DNA from: Hormiphora californensis | Lineage: Eukaryota > Animalia > Ctenophora | NCBI GenBank assembly: GCA_020137815.1 | Contig: CM035351.1 | Span: 8,246,001 to 8,310,000, forward strand | Reading direction: 5' to 3' | DNA: 64,000 bases | In this document: positions 1-22,796 of the stretch, piece after piece | Layout: every line of letters begins with the position of its first letter | Position numbering within the stretch: the stretch's first letter is position 1 | Translations under genes and position numbers: made by a program | Notes under the pieces: generated by a model | The model's database searches: none | What the model was told of the DNA's origin: nothing | What the model saw: only the letters and a program-made list of their open reading frames with translations

Positions 1-67
1 ACTGATCTAGTAGTGGTGTTTACTTCAGTGATTGTTTTTATGAAGGAGCAGTTTTTGACGTATTATT

Positions 68-3011
<2,944 letters not shown>

Positions 3012-3690
3012 AGACTTGTTGAGTATAAGGGCCGCGGTGGTTATAGTGGTTACTCAACTTGTTATAGGGACATGATACACATAGTGTCAGATTATGGGAC
3101 ACCGAGCTGGGACTCATGCATGTACTTGTTGAGTACTCCCATGCATGCACGTGATTAGGTTAATATTTAGCAGCAAGTCTAGGACTAGGTTTATCCTTTC
3201 TGTAATGATGAAGGGTAACGGGTACGTGTTCAGATCAGACATGTTGCCTTATATGACAAACCCCCGATAGCTGATCTTGTCTGATTCTGAAGACTTCATA
3301 ATTTATCCAGAAATCTTCAGAATCAGACAAGATTAAACTATATAATACCTATAAAGTCGCATGAAGATATAATACGCTAATTTGCTAACTTTTTTAGATT
3401 TCAAATAAATCGAGTACTAATTTCTTTGCTCCTTTGCAAACAAGTACACCATTACATATCACATGAACCTCCAAACCATATAATTTAGATTTTCTACCCC
3501 TGATTCCCGAAAAACAACCATATATTTATTCGGTAACGCGTGTAGAATTATTTAGTAAACATTTCGAATTTGCCCTTTTAGGGGTGTCCTTTGTCACTGT
3601 TGCAGCATCACAACAGAACACAGCTTTCTTTCTCTCATCAACCACACGCTCCATTTTATTGTGCAGTTCGCTGACTATTTAGAAACGCTG

Positions 3691-4192
3691 GCGGGGGGCT
3701 GCCGCAAAAATCTCAGCTACCCTGTTTTTTGGCCGATCATATTTTTGAGATTTTCGGGAAAATTTGCTCAATTACGTTTGAGATTTTTGAGATTTTTGTG
3801 GTAAATTGGCACAATTTTGGATGCCAATACTCAGTCTTTCGTCATATTTTTTAGCTTAAAACCAGACAATGCTATTAATTTAGTAACTTAATTAGGTCAA
3901 TGTTGTATTTTAGCTTCTTATTAACTTTTGTATTAGAACACAAGGAAAGTTTCTATTCAGAATTTTGATTTTTGTAAAAAAACACAAGGATTGTTTCTAT
4001 CCCAAATTTTTTTGCCTTTCTATAGCTATGAGATTTTTGAGAAAAATTTGCGATTTTTCCCGGAAAAATCGCAGATTTGCCTCAAAAATCTCATTAACCT
4101 CACGCTTTTTGACCGAAAATCGAAAATCTCAAAACTCTCAGCTACTATACCCTGAAAATCACCAATGAGATTCTTGCGGCAGCCCCCCCCCC
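3691..4192. mobile_element. MITE with poly-G/poly-C-tipped TIRs (family G, copy 1)
   Basis: Termini GGGGGGCTGCCGCAAAAATCTCA ... TGAGATTCTTGCGGCAGCCCCCCC; flanked by direct repeat AACGCTG; near-identical inverted copy at 7846-8338. Confidence 0.85.
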
Positions 4193-4471
4193 AACGCTGC
4201 ATAAACTTTGAGAAATAATTATCGTTATACATACTTTTGACCCTAGAGTTTACGAATATCAATTTTAAAATAGTCAATAAATAACCTGACAAAATATCAA
4301 CCCTATAATTAGGTGAGGGTTTGTATGAGATAAGAGATTTGACATGTTGTACCCTCTCTATTAATAGTCTGTCGTCTATTATAAATATGATATAGTAGTT
4401 CTTGCACATTGACGATATAAGTTGATTTGATAAATAGCATAGATTATATTTTAGTCCTCTCTCCTTGATGG

Positions 4472-11362
<6,891 letters not shown>

Positions 11363-11503
11363 CGTCACAAATCGTATTCAAACATTCTTTACATGGTGTC
11401 CTCTACTCAATAATAGGGTGTTAGACATTACTTTCCCTCTCCGCCACATCATTACCAAATGTGCCACGTTGGCTAGTTATCAAAAACCCAGAAATTTAGT
11501 AGA

Positions 11504-13652
11504 TCAGGCGGGGTGAAATATAACTATCATCAACAATGTTACTACCACCTTCACACTACTTCTTGCACTACTACTACTTATCAAGTCTCTCTTCTTCTTA
11601 TCATCAGCGGTAGCAGCCCCAGCTGCGTCTGTATACTGACAAGTAGGCAGTCCGCTGCTCCAAACTGTGTCCCCTTTACAGGTAACGGAGGCTGATCCCT
11701 CCAGTTTGAAGCCGTCCTTACAGGTGAAAGAGACCACGTCCCCGGGCCCAAATGGTGGCTGACCGCTCACTGGGTTGGGTACTGCGGTCGTAGTGGCCCA
11801 TCTGACTGAGCTAGTGATATCTTTACATCCGGCTGAAAAGCAGCTTGTTACTGTTGGCTACCAGATTTACATGCCATGGGTGTATCCAGGGGGGGGGGGT
11901 TAAAGTTTTTGGGCAGGTGCACACCCACCATTTCTGAGGGAAATATAAAATTTTGGGGAAATTTCATTGACATTTTTGGGTACTGCACACCAAGTGTATC
12001 GGAATGCCTTTATTTTAGGTGAACTTACTGACACACTTGACGAAGTTGCTGGAGGGGACCCATTGCCCGTTGGTATCGCAATATGCCTTGGTGGCTCCGT
12101 AGTCGTTTACTGCCCGGGTGTAACCCTCCCTGCACGTTATACTCGCCTGAAGGGTTCAGATAAAATGTCATTGGAATGGTAGGACACTGCGGTATTTATA
12201 ACGTTGACACACAAATTCTCGAACGGTGACCGTGACGAACGGTGACAGTTTACCTTACTCTCATTTTTTAAGAAACGCTTTAGTAAGAAACTTTTCAAAT
12301 GTGAATCACATAATTCAGAGACACCACAACAAAATAGAACACCCCTAACTTGTTTAGTTTCTTGATAAAGGAGAAATTCTTTTTGTTTTTGGATTGTTTA
12401 CACCTGTAGTTTCCCAGAAAAAAAGTTTCTTATTTAAAAGTTTCTTGAAATATGCGAGCTTAATTAACGAGAGTAAGGTAATTTGAAGGATGAATGTGAA
12501 ACCAAGTTATAAAGTTAATTCCCCCTTGTCAAGAAATAATACCTAGTGGGCACACCCAGGCACTTCTTAGAAGAAGAAGTCTTTATACTAGCACGCTATT
12601 AAAACATGGTTAATGACAGCTAGCTAATTTACCCACATATAATCGAGCGTTTGATCTAGAAGGAAGAATGGCGGGGCTATACCGTTCTGATGTCAGCATC
12701 CCATTAGCAAATGTCACATTGTGTGTTTTCATCTGGAGGACCGGGCACCCCGCTAAGGGAACAATATCTGGGTTAGATGATGTAGTGGACTAACAGATCT
12801 AGGTTAGATGATGTAGTGGACTAACTTTAACAGCACTGCAACGTGGGAACATAACGCGTTATTTAGTCGGTTTGATTTCTACTTGTTTGCATGTTTCTTT
12901 ACGGTCCGAGGAGAACCATCATGCGTCTCAAACGGTTTAGAAAGACCTCTCTCAGAGTGGTCTCTCTGCATACCTGCACAAAGGTAACGCATGTCTTCAC
13001 TTGTTGTTGATCCATCGAGGTTGTGGGCCACTTTGAAGTTCGGACTCCAGTTGCCCTTGTTCGTACACTTGGTTGTGAATCCACCCTCATTGTAGATTTG
13101 GTATGAGCTCACTCCCGGTACTATTCGAACTTCATTCGTAAACGTCTGTGACAAAAGTGCAACCGGTTATTAACATGAAATGGGATGAAATACCAAAATT
13201 CGAGAAGACCGTCGATAAGATTAGTGTGTCGATTTTTTGCAGTTCCATAGTTTCAATTTCATCATACAGTTTTTTCACCATTCAGAACAGCTTAGTAGGA
13301 GCTAGGTAGTGTTATTTCTTGTTGAGTAAGGACCGGTGGACTCAACTTGAAGATCTTTAAATGGATCATTAAGACTGTTGCTGACCCACAATATCTTCGA
13401 GGTTGACTCAACACGGGACATGTTGTTGACAACACTGCCTATTTAATGCCTATTATAATGATGTACCTCGTGCGATTTAGCACATTTGACCGTCACACTT
13501 TTCCCGGTGTAATCCTCTAATTTAGACTTCTCCTTTCCATCGATTACAAACTTGACGCCGTTCCTTTCCTCGTTAAAGGATTCATCACATGCAGAGTTGG
13601 TGTGATCCACCAGGATCAGTAGTACTACCCAGCTTACCACATACCTTAGCAT
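11504..13652 (-). CDS. Sushi/CCP-repeat protein paralog B, signal peptide plus GPI-like tail
   Basis: Exons ~13467-13652 (MLRYVVSWVVLLILVDHTNSAC...), 12974-13145, ~12636-12752, 12029-12146 (ASITCREGY...NGQWVPSSNFVKC), 11504-11832 (GCKDIT...FTCKDGFKLEGSASVTCKGDTVWSSGLPTC...SSSSARSSVKVVVTLLMIVIFHPA*). Confidence 0.88.
12250..12481. mobile_element. Small MITE-like element
   Basis: Terminal inverted repeats TTACCTTACTCTC / GAGAGTAAGGTAA around an AT-rich core. Confidence 0.5.
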
Positions 13653-14329
13653 AACTATATGGAAATGATTTTATATAGCTTGCTCTGTTATTTATTAAGC
13701 TGGTACAATATTGATTGGCCTGCACCTATAAAAGTTTATTAGAATCAAAGGTCTCACCGCGTACGCAGCTTGTTGAGGTTGTACATTATAAAAGGGAAAT
13801 ACAAAATATAAGAGAAACATAATTTAATATTTCTAGATTGGATTCTAAAATCTAAAGGATCAGAGCTCTGTTCAACAACGTGTACCCCCCCCCCCCCCGT
13901 GTGCCCCACCCTCCTGTATAATGGTTATTAACTTTATTCCACGAAATCCATATTATAGTTCTTGGTTTCACTGCATGCTATGATAATTGCAACAATCTCC
14001 ATTTCTACATATTAGCACTAATATCAGATCAGGCCTTGTTAAATTACTCAACAAATCACACCATCAGTAACGTGGCCTGGCCAGCTCTGAGTTGTTTCCG
14101 TGAGTTTTACTGGCCTAATTTCACATTTACTCATGTCCTGCCTCAAGACCCCCTTCACATGGTTCAATACATTTTCCAAACTTTAGCTACTCCCAGTTGG
14201 TTCCTCAAAGCTTAGTACAATGATCACAAGGGTTCAGGGGTATGTACCTTAGTACCACCTTTTCTCTTGTTGATTAACAACCATTCTCGTAGAACAGTTC
14301 GGTCAGATCATTGGTAGCTACCTTCTCTC

Positions 14330-16386
14330 TCACACTTGAACACATTCAGGGGTGTTCTCACTCCACCGGAGTAGACCTGTACATGTGAGGGTCTTGTAAC
14401 CAACCAACACGTACCCCTCGTCACACCTAGAAAACACACTGGAGCTAATTTGGAGTTCAATGTTTTACTTGAAATACTAGTTTGGCTCTCCACCCCGGAT
14501 CGAGCACTTTATAGGATCTCAACGACCGAAATTCGAAAGATTTCAGGTGTCAAAAGTGATTAAGTAAGTTACTCACGAGAAGGTGACTGTGTCGCCTGGC
14601 TTGAAAGGTGCCTTCCCTGGAGTAGTATTGGGTACATCAGTTGTTACTCCATCCGCAACTGATGCAGTTATGTCAGGACAACCACCTAGTTTTAAGGGGA
14701 TTTGAGTAGGTTTTGATTGGTTTTGAGTAGGTTTTGAGTAGGTTTACAAGCGCTCTTGTCGGCTTGTCCAACGAATTATAAGATTGCTCACTTATTAGTT
14801 ACTTACGGACACAGTTGATGAAGCTGCTGGCGGCAGGGTTCCAGTCAGCATTGAAGACTGAGGAGAACTCCCTGCAGTAGGTATCCGTTTTCCCCTTGGA
14901 ACCCGTAGCCTCCGTGTAGCCTGACTGTTACCGGAGAAAGAGGGGTTTTGTGAATGGGAAGTTAGTGAAAAGTGCGGATAAACTTCCCAGCTTGCGAGAC
15001 TATCTGGTACATATTGTACCAAGTTGCATTAAATTTTGGTCATGGTGTATCAGTATATGCATGTTATTTGTTGAGTACCTAACATGTTATGGAGCTTATG
15101 CCTTATTGAGATCGGCTGATACAATGGCAAAATGCATGCCCTGTATTGATATGTTATCGGTGATACCTGACAGGCAAGACTGATGTAGGCGTAGTTCAAG
15201 GGTCTTATAGGTGGACTACTTGGTTCTTCAGTTACTATCGCATCATTGTAGACCACCTTATATTTGTCTTCTCGTACCGGGGCACAACCAACTGATTTCA
15301 AGGAGAGATTGAGTTAGTTCGGATAGTGTGGAACTACCGGTCTTTCTGTCAGAGCATTGGCCTGATCCTACACGGAGCGTGCAAGAACCGTGGTCAGAGC
15401 ATTGGCCTGAAAGCGGACTTTAGATTTCTGTATTTCTTCTGGGAGAATATCTGCGGTTTAACTTCTAGCCTTCTATGACTCCGTGCTACATTCTCAATAG
15501 ACTATCAATCAAATATTTGTCTCTCTTCGTACCAACCGCACTCAATTCATCTCAGTTTAATCTATATAGCTCTACCCTTCTATATATTACCTGCACAGTA
15601 CAGATATCTTTCATTCCCAAGAATGTCTTTTGTGATATCTGGGAGCATTTTGTCACCGACCCCGCATGTGATAGTGATCCCATTACCCTGGTCCATTGAG
15701 AAGGTATCAACTCCATCTATCTTCCTGATGTCGTTCACAAATTGCTGGGGGAGTTAGGAAGTGGTTCAAATTGTTGTTACCTAGTGCTGAATTTACTGGA
15801 CTTTATCAGCGAAAATGTTTAGGCCCGGTTAATCGTTTAGCGAGTTTTTTAATCCAAAAAAGGCACCGATTCTAGTTTACTAAACCATCCGACCCAGCTT
15901 ACAAATTGTGAGGTAATGCATCGTACGACAATGGAATCCCCGACTTCAAATGCCACGTTGAGATTCTCATTCTCTAACTCTATGTCCTTGTACATCACCC
16001 CGTTGTGGGTAACTATGAGCTGGAAGTTAGCCAGGAAGGTACAACCTGCATCTGATACCGGCACCCTCCCCAGCAGAATCAAACCTGCAGGGAATTGTGT
16101 GAACTGTCTTCAATCTAATATGTCACCTACTGTGCTGTTTCCGGTTAGGAGATGCAAGCCTTCCGCTTGGCGGACTAAAAAGTGCGTGGTAGGAGATCAA
16201 GATATTGCGTGTGTTCTATGCTTTTAAAGAATAATTCATTCTTATTAAATGCTTTTAGAGAGTGTCTACTACATTTATAATACCGAATACCATTCACTTT
16301 TGCTCGGGTCGAGCCTTTTAAAAAATAAAAAGGTTTCAAACAAATCAATTTTACTTACTAATAAGATATGTGTGCCAGAAATGCAT
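14330..16386 (-). CDS. Sushi/CCP-repeat protein paralog C, apparently secreted
   Basis: Exons ~16359-16386 (MHFWHTYLI), 15903-16084, 15591-15744 (QFVNDIRK...RYLYCA), 15167-15291, 14807-14923, 14577-14685, 14330-14426 (CDEGYVLVGYKTLTCTGLLRWSENTPECVQV*). No hydrophobic tail before the stop. Confidence 0.82.
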
Positions 16387-16890
16387 ATTGGTTCAGATGC
16401 CCCTCTCAGTAGGTCGGTGACGCCATGTTTTTATCTACTGTAACATAGAGAGAGAATAATATGTTGTTTGGTAGAATTCCTAAAATACAACTGCATATTT
16501 CGGCTTTGTTGAAAATAATAAAAGGCTTAATAAAATTCCAATATTCACGAGTTCATTATCCGATTCCATTTCCATTCCGGTCTCTATCGACACGTAGAGA
16601 GAACAACATTCATGAGTTTCTTCATCGGTACTACGAGAACACACGCGTTTTTTCATTGCTGGTGCTCCACTTCAGTAATGACTTCTGAGGGAAAGCTGGC
16701 ATTGTCCCACTTCCACTTCTAATTATCAAGATTGCACATGGCCATCCCGATTGCTCCAAAGGACATGAAGTATCGCATGGGTTCAGTTTTTTCTTGGTTG
16801 TAGGTTATTCCCTTCGCGATGCCACTAGTTCTACAAAATCAATATGTACATGTGAAAGAACTCCTTATTCTTGTTGAGTAAACCGGCCAT

Positions 16891-19715
16891 TCAATCTTCC
16901 TGGGGTTGAATATAGATGCACTCGGGTAGCTGCTCATTCCAAATGTTTGCCCCAGTACACGTTAGAGTCCTGTATCCCGTCAGCTGGTAGCCCGTATTAC
17001 ACCTGTACAATGTGGTAAAATAATCCGCTAAATCGAAGGAGGCTTCTATAATCACACTAGAGCTTTTGGTTGAAAGACTAATCGAAGTTTAAATTAGTTT
17101 TTGTTACTTTAAGAATACTTAGCACTTGTTGCTCATGATGGCTTTAGCTAAGCTTCTTACGTAAAAGTCACGGTGTCTCCTGGGGTAAAGGGGGCAGTAC
17201 CCACGGTCGTACTAGCTCTATCGGTTGTTATACCATTCGTCACTTCTTGGGTGATATCCTTACAGCCACCTAGAGGTAACAGAGAAATTAGTAACCTAGA
17301 GGTAACAGAGAAATTAGTATCCTAGGTAACAAAGAAATTAGTAACCTAGGTAACAGAGAAATTAGTAACCTAGGTAACAGAGAAATTAGTAACCTAGGTA
17401 ACAGAGAAATTAGTAACCTAGAGGTAACAGAGAAATTAGTAACCTAGGTAACAGAGAAATTAGTAACCTAGGTAACAGAGAAATTAGGTGAAAACCTTTC
17501 TATTCTTGTTGAGTAACTTGTTCAGTAAGAGGAACCCACACAGTGAGGAAGCTCCTCCTGACAGTAGTGCTCAATCAAGTTGTAAGGGGGCTTCCTCGAG
17601 GAAGCCCGCCCCCCCCCCCCCTTACAACTTGATTGAGCACTACTGTCAGGAGGAGCTTCCTCCCTGGGTTGGTTCTTTTGACATGTAAGGCGCCTTAGGC
17701 TTCACGCAGTTACTATAAAACATTTAATACAGTTTGAAGTTATTTTACGCAAGGCTCCTTTCAAGTAATCTCAAAAGGTGGTGACCCTACATTGTAGGGC
17801 CTACAAGGGAATACCCAATTATACACGTGACTTCAGCCAGCTTGTGATCCCTCGAAAATTCCACGAATCCACAAAAGTTCATTTCTTGGTACATATTATT
17901 TAAATAATATATTTTTAAATAATATATTTTTAAATAATATATTTTAATTTCTCATTTTGGAAGCTTATTAATTCTGACAAGATTCAATAATGTGGAATTG
18001 GCTTCATTCTCGATGCTGTTCCTTGAGTGCTTTGCGAGGCGAGAAGTGTTCCTACAGTCGGGTTCCCTTGTAATACACTAGGTATGCTATTAGTTGGGTT
18101 CGTTGGTGGTATAGCATGCTTTTAGTAAATTTCTTTCTTCTAAATTCTTTAGCTAGTGCCTTCATATTATTATGGTGGGATGTACTACCCCATTAGTATA
18201 AAGTCCATATACATATGTAGGGATTAACTTACTAATGCAGTCGATGACATTGGTAGTTGACCAGGCCACAGCACCAGTGTCAGCATCCTTCTCACACAAA
18301 ATAGAAGTCTTCCCAACGTTGCCTGCTGATCTAGTGTACCCTGTAATATGTTTTGTTGAGTAAGTAATGTTCACTGTTATATAGCTAGATTAGCCGATTA
18401 TATAGCGTCCTATCTAGTCTACTCCGTCAGATATTTTTCTGATCCTATGTAGTTTTGAGACTTCATGTTACCATGGTTACCATATTATGGCATGATAGAC
18501 CATGTGTTACCTGGTTGACAAGCTAGGGTGACGCTCATAAAGTTGTTGTGGGTGATAGGAGGGCTGTTCTCCTCGCTGGTTATGATGGAAGCGGGGTAGG
18601 TCGCTGCGTAGAGGTCCTCCCGAAACGGTGTACAACCCTCTGCAGAGGTGGGGGGGGGGGTAGAGGGTTGCAGTTGGGGGTTGCAACATACCATTATGTG
18701 TATACCATTATGTTATTTTGCATACCTTTCAGGCAGCACGTGAGAGTCTGATACAACTCGTTATTAACGATATTAAAATGGAGATGAAATAGAAAATGCA
18801 GTATCATCAATGCAAATGATCATGATACTGCATTTTCTATTTCATAGTGTGATATATATCGCTCGAACGATATATCACACGATCAGGGATCTTGAGATCA
18901 ATTAACTTACCATCGCAATACAAGTATCTCTTATCTCCGTTTAGATCGGTTGCAATGTCTGGGGATATGACCCCCTCATCGCACTTTACATCCACCCCCA
19001 TCCCCTGGTCCAGATTGTACACAACCACTCCCTTTGTCCTCCTCACCCCGTTCACAAATTGCTGAAATTGGGATCGTTGAGTAGGGATCGTTGAGTATTA
19101 TATAGGAAAGAGGCGTTTCCGTTTAGTTGGTGTTTGTACACAGTTTACTCTATATGCCAGAGCCCCTATAAACTTGCCAGAAACTTAGAAAATGAGAATA
19201 AAGTAATTACTTACATATCCCGATACGCTACATTTGAAGTTATACGTCTTTCCGTTATCCAGTTTTGAGGTATCCTCGACGGTCTCGCCGTCAAGTTGGA
19301 CTGCCACCTGACCATCTACTGTGATTAAGCAATCATCGCCCCTTGCCAAGTCTGCAAAATAAAATACCGTGTTCTAAAAATCCTGATTTACTGGGCATTA
19401 ACCCTTTCCCACAAGCATCCCGGTATATCGGGGAGACTGTCTCTCAGTGACAGTTGACAACTTTGTAGAACAACTTTCAGCTGTGTCTATAATCCCTTTA
19501 CGCTCGTCTCTATCGGTTCATTGTATTGTTCATACTATTATGGGGCGCGGGGGAGGTGCAACAGCACAATCGGTTCAGAGCTCCTGTCCATTTTTTATGA
19601 TAATTTCCGAAATGAACCAATTAGATAAAGTTGGATAGATTCAAGAAACGAGAGACAAGTTTCAAGAGTATAGTATACCTGTTTGCAGTCCTAAGATCAA
19701 AAACAACAAAATCAT
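16891..19715 (-). CDS. Sushi/CCP-repeat protein paralog D, apparently secreted
   Basis: Exons ~19679-19715 (MILLFLILGLQT), 19215-19351, 18912-19062 (QFVNGVRR...RYLYCD), 18511-18639, 18233-18340, 17161-17269, 16891-17002 (CNTGYQLTGYRTLTCTGANIWNEQLPECIYIQPQED*). Confidence 0.85.
17270..17487. repeat. 24-26-bp tandem repeat of a splice-acceptor region
   Basis: About 9 units of GTAACAGAGAAATTAGTAACCTAG(AG), directly abutting the acceptor AG of a paralog D exon. Confidence 0.9.
17545..17662. repeat. Near-perfect hairpin / tiny MITE
   Basis: GAGGAAGCTCCTCCTGACAGTAGTGCTCAATCAAGTTGTAAGGGGG ... CCCCCTTACAACTTGATTGAGCACTACTGTCAGGAGGAGCTTCCTC. Confidence 0.8.
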
Positions 19716-19977
19716 GGCTAAGAAAGTGTTGAGGGCAAACTGAATACGAGAAACGGGGGGGGTGTGTGTATGTGTGAAAACAGTGAAAGAACACAGTCCC
19801 CCTAAACTCCGGAAATGACCGGCTAAACTGCTGCACAGATGTGTACTGTACTGCATATCACCAGCAAAGTACATCCTGATAAGCTCCGGGTAAGCTCCCA
19901 ATTAGTCGATACAATATATTACAGTCGGACCCTACTTTACCGGTCTGCTGGGCGAAAAGGGTAATGGCACGGTAGAT

Positions 19978-20075
19978 CTGTCAGAGCATTGGCCTGACCC
20001 ATTCTCGTTTCTCTCAATTTTCCCGTTCTGCACGCGGAGCGCACGAGAACTGTGGTCAGAGTATTGGCCTGACAG
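19978..20075. repeat. ~100-bp interspersed element bounded by direct repeats of GTCAGAGCATTGGCCTGAC
   Basis: Related copies at ~7125, ~15346, 20260/22650 (split) and ~32333. Confidence 0.8.
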
Positions 20076-20310
20076 CGGTAGATGCAATGAAGCATTTCGA
20101 GGGAATGTATATTGTATGGTGGTTCCGGTGACCGCTGATACAGATGTGGGACAGATGTCTATCAGTTTTTTGGTAGGATTAAATCCAGGCATCAGAGCGG
20201 CAGTATGCAAATTGAAATAAACAGACAAATTTAAAAGAAAATTTAAGAATCATACATCCTGTCAGGCCAATGCTCTGACCACAGTTCTCGCGCGCTCCGC
20301 GTGCAGAACA

Positions 20311-21857
20311 GGGTCAGGAGCCATTTGCAAATGACGTCACGTTAGTGATCTCTGGGGATCAAAAGGGACGCGCAAATAGACGAACGCGCTTTTAAAACAG
20401 TAGCGCCGCGCCTATATTGAACCCACTATCGAGAAATGTTGTCAGAAAAGTTGTCGGAACGTTTCATAAAACTTTCCGAAAACAATCGACAAGAGAAAAA
20501 GTGGAGAGACGTCCGAATAACTATACCCAAAAAGCGTTGCAGTTTACATGATCATCGTTTGCGGTCTTCGTTTTGTTTCATGCTATGAATCATAGTGTCC
20601 CATTGCATTTGCATTTAAAAACTCAGATGAGTCATGAGGCTAGGATGAAGCAGGTGGACCACTATACGGTGGGAATGTGATCAATTGAGCTAGCGACACT
20701 GAGTGGGCAGGGCAGTCTGAAAAGCTTAATGATCACTAGCTGAAGCTCTATTGATGAACAAAGAATGGTGCTGAGATCAGTGGGTTCAATACAGCAGTAT
20801 TGTCAAAAACTAATAGCAATTGTAAGCTAGAAATCTCGGAAAAGCAGTGCACACGAACTAAACCTAAACCAAAGAAAGATGCAATCGCTTGGATATGTGC
20901 GTTGAGCAGTGATTGAATTACTGATTAATCAATTAGAGATTTCAATTGGAATCATGATTCCAGATGCAATTTCTAATTGGGAGTCAATCAGTCCTATTCG
21001 GGTGACAGTGTGCTGCTTACTGCCCCATACCACACATACCTCTTTTTAATTGGGTACTCAGATCATCTTGAGAGTTGAGACGGGGTATTGAGTGAAATTA
21101 GAAGGATGCTGATGGAAACACGAGGACCTGGATGTGTTATAGTCCAGCATATAATAATACTGATTTCAACTTTGTTGCGAGGAATTCACTCACTGCCTTA
21201 CCAAGCTGAATCGGTTCAAATAGTGAGGATGAGGGGAGAAGTAAAGGGAAAAGCAGGGAGAGTGAAAGAAGAAATGAAGGAAATGTAGGGAGGGTTAGCC
21301 AAGAAGGAAAATGGAGGGAGGGTGAAGACAGGCATGTATAAGGGGGCGTGGGGGCCGTGTAGACCAATGCAATGCCCTCTAGTCATTGAATAGGTACCAC
21401 TCCCTCACACTGGCTGTCGCTAGGCTTCTTGGCTCTCGCTAATCTTGCAAGCATGAGAACGGCTTCGGTTATCGGGGTACACCTTTTCTATCCCCCTTGT
21501 CGTATATCTTGCTATCTCTCTCTTTCTCACTCTCTCTCTTTCTCTCTCTCCCTTTCTCTCCCTCTCTCTCTGCTCCGTGATAGGAGGGCCATTTGTGCCA
21601 TAACTATTTACAATGTAGGACTTCAGGGCAAGGGGAGGTAGTTTTGCTGCCTTCTCCTTCACTCTTCTCAGGACTATTTCGATATTTTCACAACTATTGC
21701 CGCTAGTAGTAATAATAATTCATGGTTTTTTTAATCCACTTCTGACTTCACACCGTAGAAGCTCCATGGTCCTATGTTGGATTATAGATAGGATAGGGGA
21801 TATTTTGGATTAGATTTAGGATACAGGTTGGATTTTAGGATAGAAGGAACGATAGGG

Positions 21858-21904
<47 letters not shown>

Positions 21905-21950
21905 TCAGGTCTCTCTCTGTCTCTTTCTCTCTATCTCGCTCTCCCTTTTT

Positions 21951-22037
<87 letters not shown>

Positions 22038-22042
22038 CTATC

Positions 22043-22081
<39 letters not shown>

Positions 22082-22648
22082 CTCTCTCTTTCTCCCTCTC
22101 GCTCTCTCCCCCCTCTCTCTCTTCCTCACTCTCTCTTTCTCTCTCATATCTTTCTATCTCTCTCCATGTTTCTATCTTTCCATCTTTTTATCCTTCTATC
22201 TCTCTACCTCTCTATCCTTCTCAGTATTTTTCAATCTTTCTATCCTTCTATCTAGCTCTCGAAATTTTTCATTATTTTCAAGAAATTTCTCCCGGTTGTT
22301 TCATTCAGTGTATGCACGGATCATGAAAAGAACCCATATTACAACGGACATGTGTGTAACATGAGCATTCGCCATTCACATTAATCAGTAATAGACATGA
22401 AGAGAGATGAAACACTAAAAAACCAGGGGGTTAGGTAGAGATATATCATGTCATCACTCCCCCCCCCTATACACACATGGGTTTTCCGACCTGCAGTAAG
22501 GCGCGAAGATTGACCAGTGAACACATGAGCGCTAGAAGAATTATCTTCTGAACTCTCTAATTGGCGTTTACGCGTTAGGCTACACGCATACACGTGATAT
22601 GTCACGAGGTCAAATTATCTCTCCCTAACACCAAATGGCTCCTGACCC
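20311..22648. mobile_element. ~2.3-kb non-autonomous TIR element nested in the GTCAGAGCATTGGCCTGAC repeat
   Basis: Perfect 17-bp TIRs GGGTCAGGAGCCATTTG / CAAATGGCTCCTGACCC; the two halves of the short repeat lie on either side; interior has AG/CT tracts and no intact ORF. Confidence 0.7.
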
Positions 22649-22796
22649 TTATTTGAGAGAAATGAGAATAGGGTCAGGCCAATGCTCTGACAGCATACAT
22701 CAGAGTTATTTTTAGAGAAAATTACAAAGATTCTAAAAGAAACGCCCCCTGGCTATGCTATTTTACAATTTTTTACACTAAAATCTAAACATAAGA

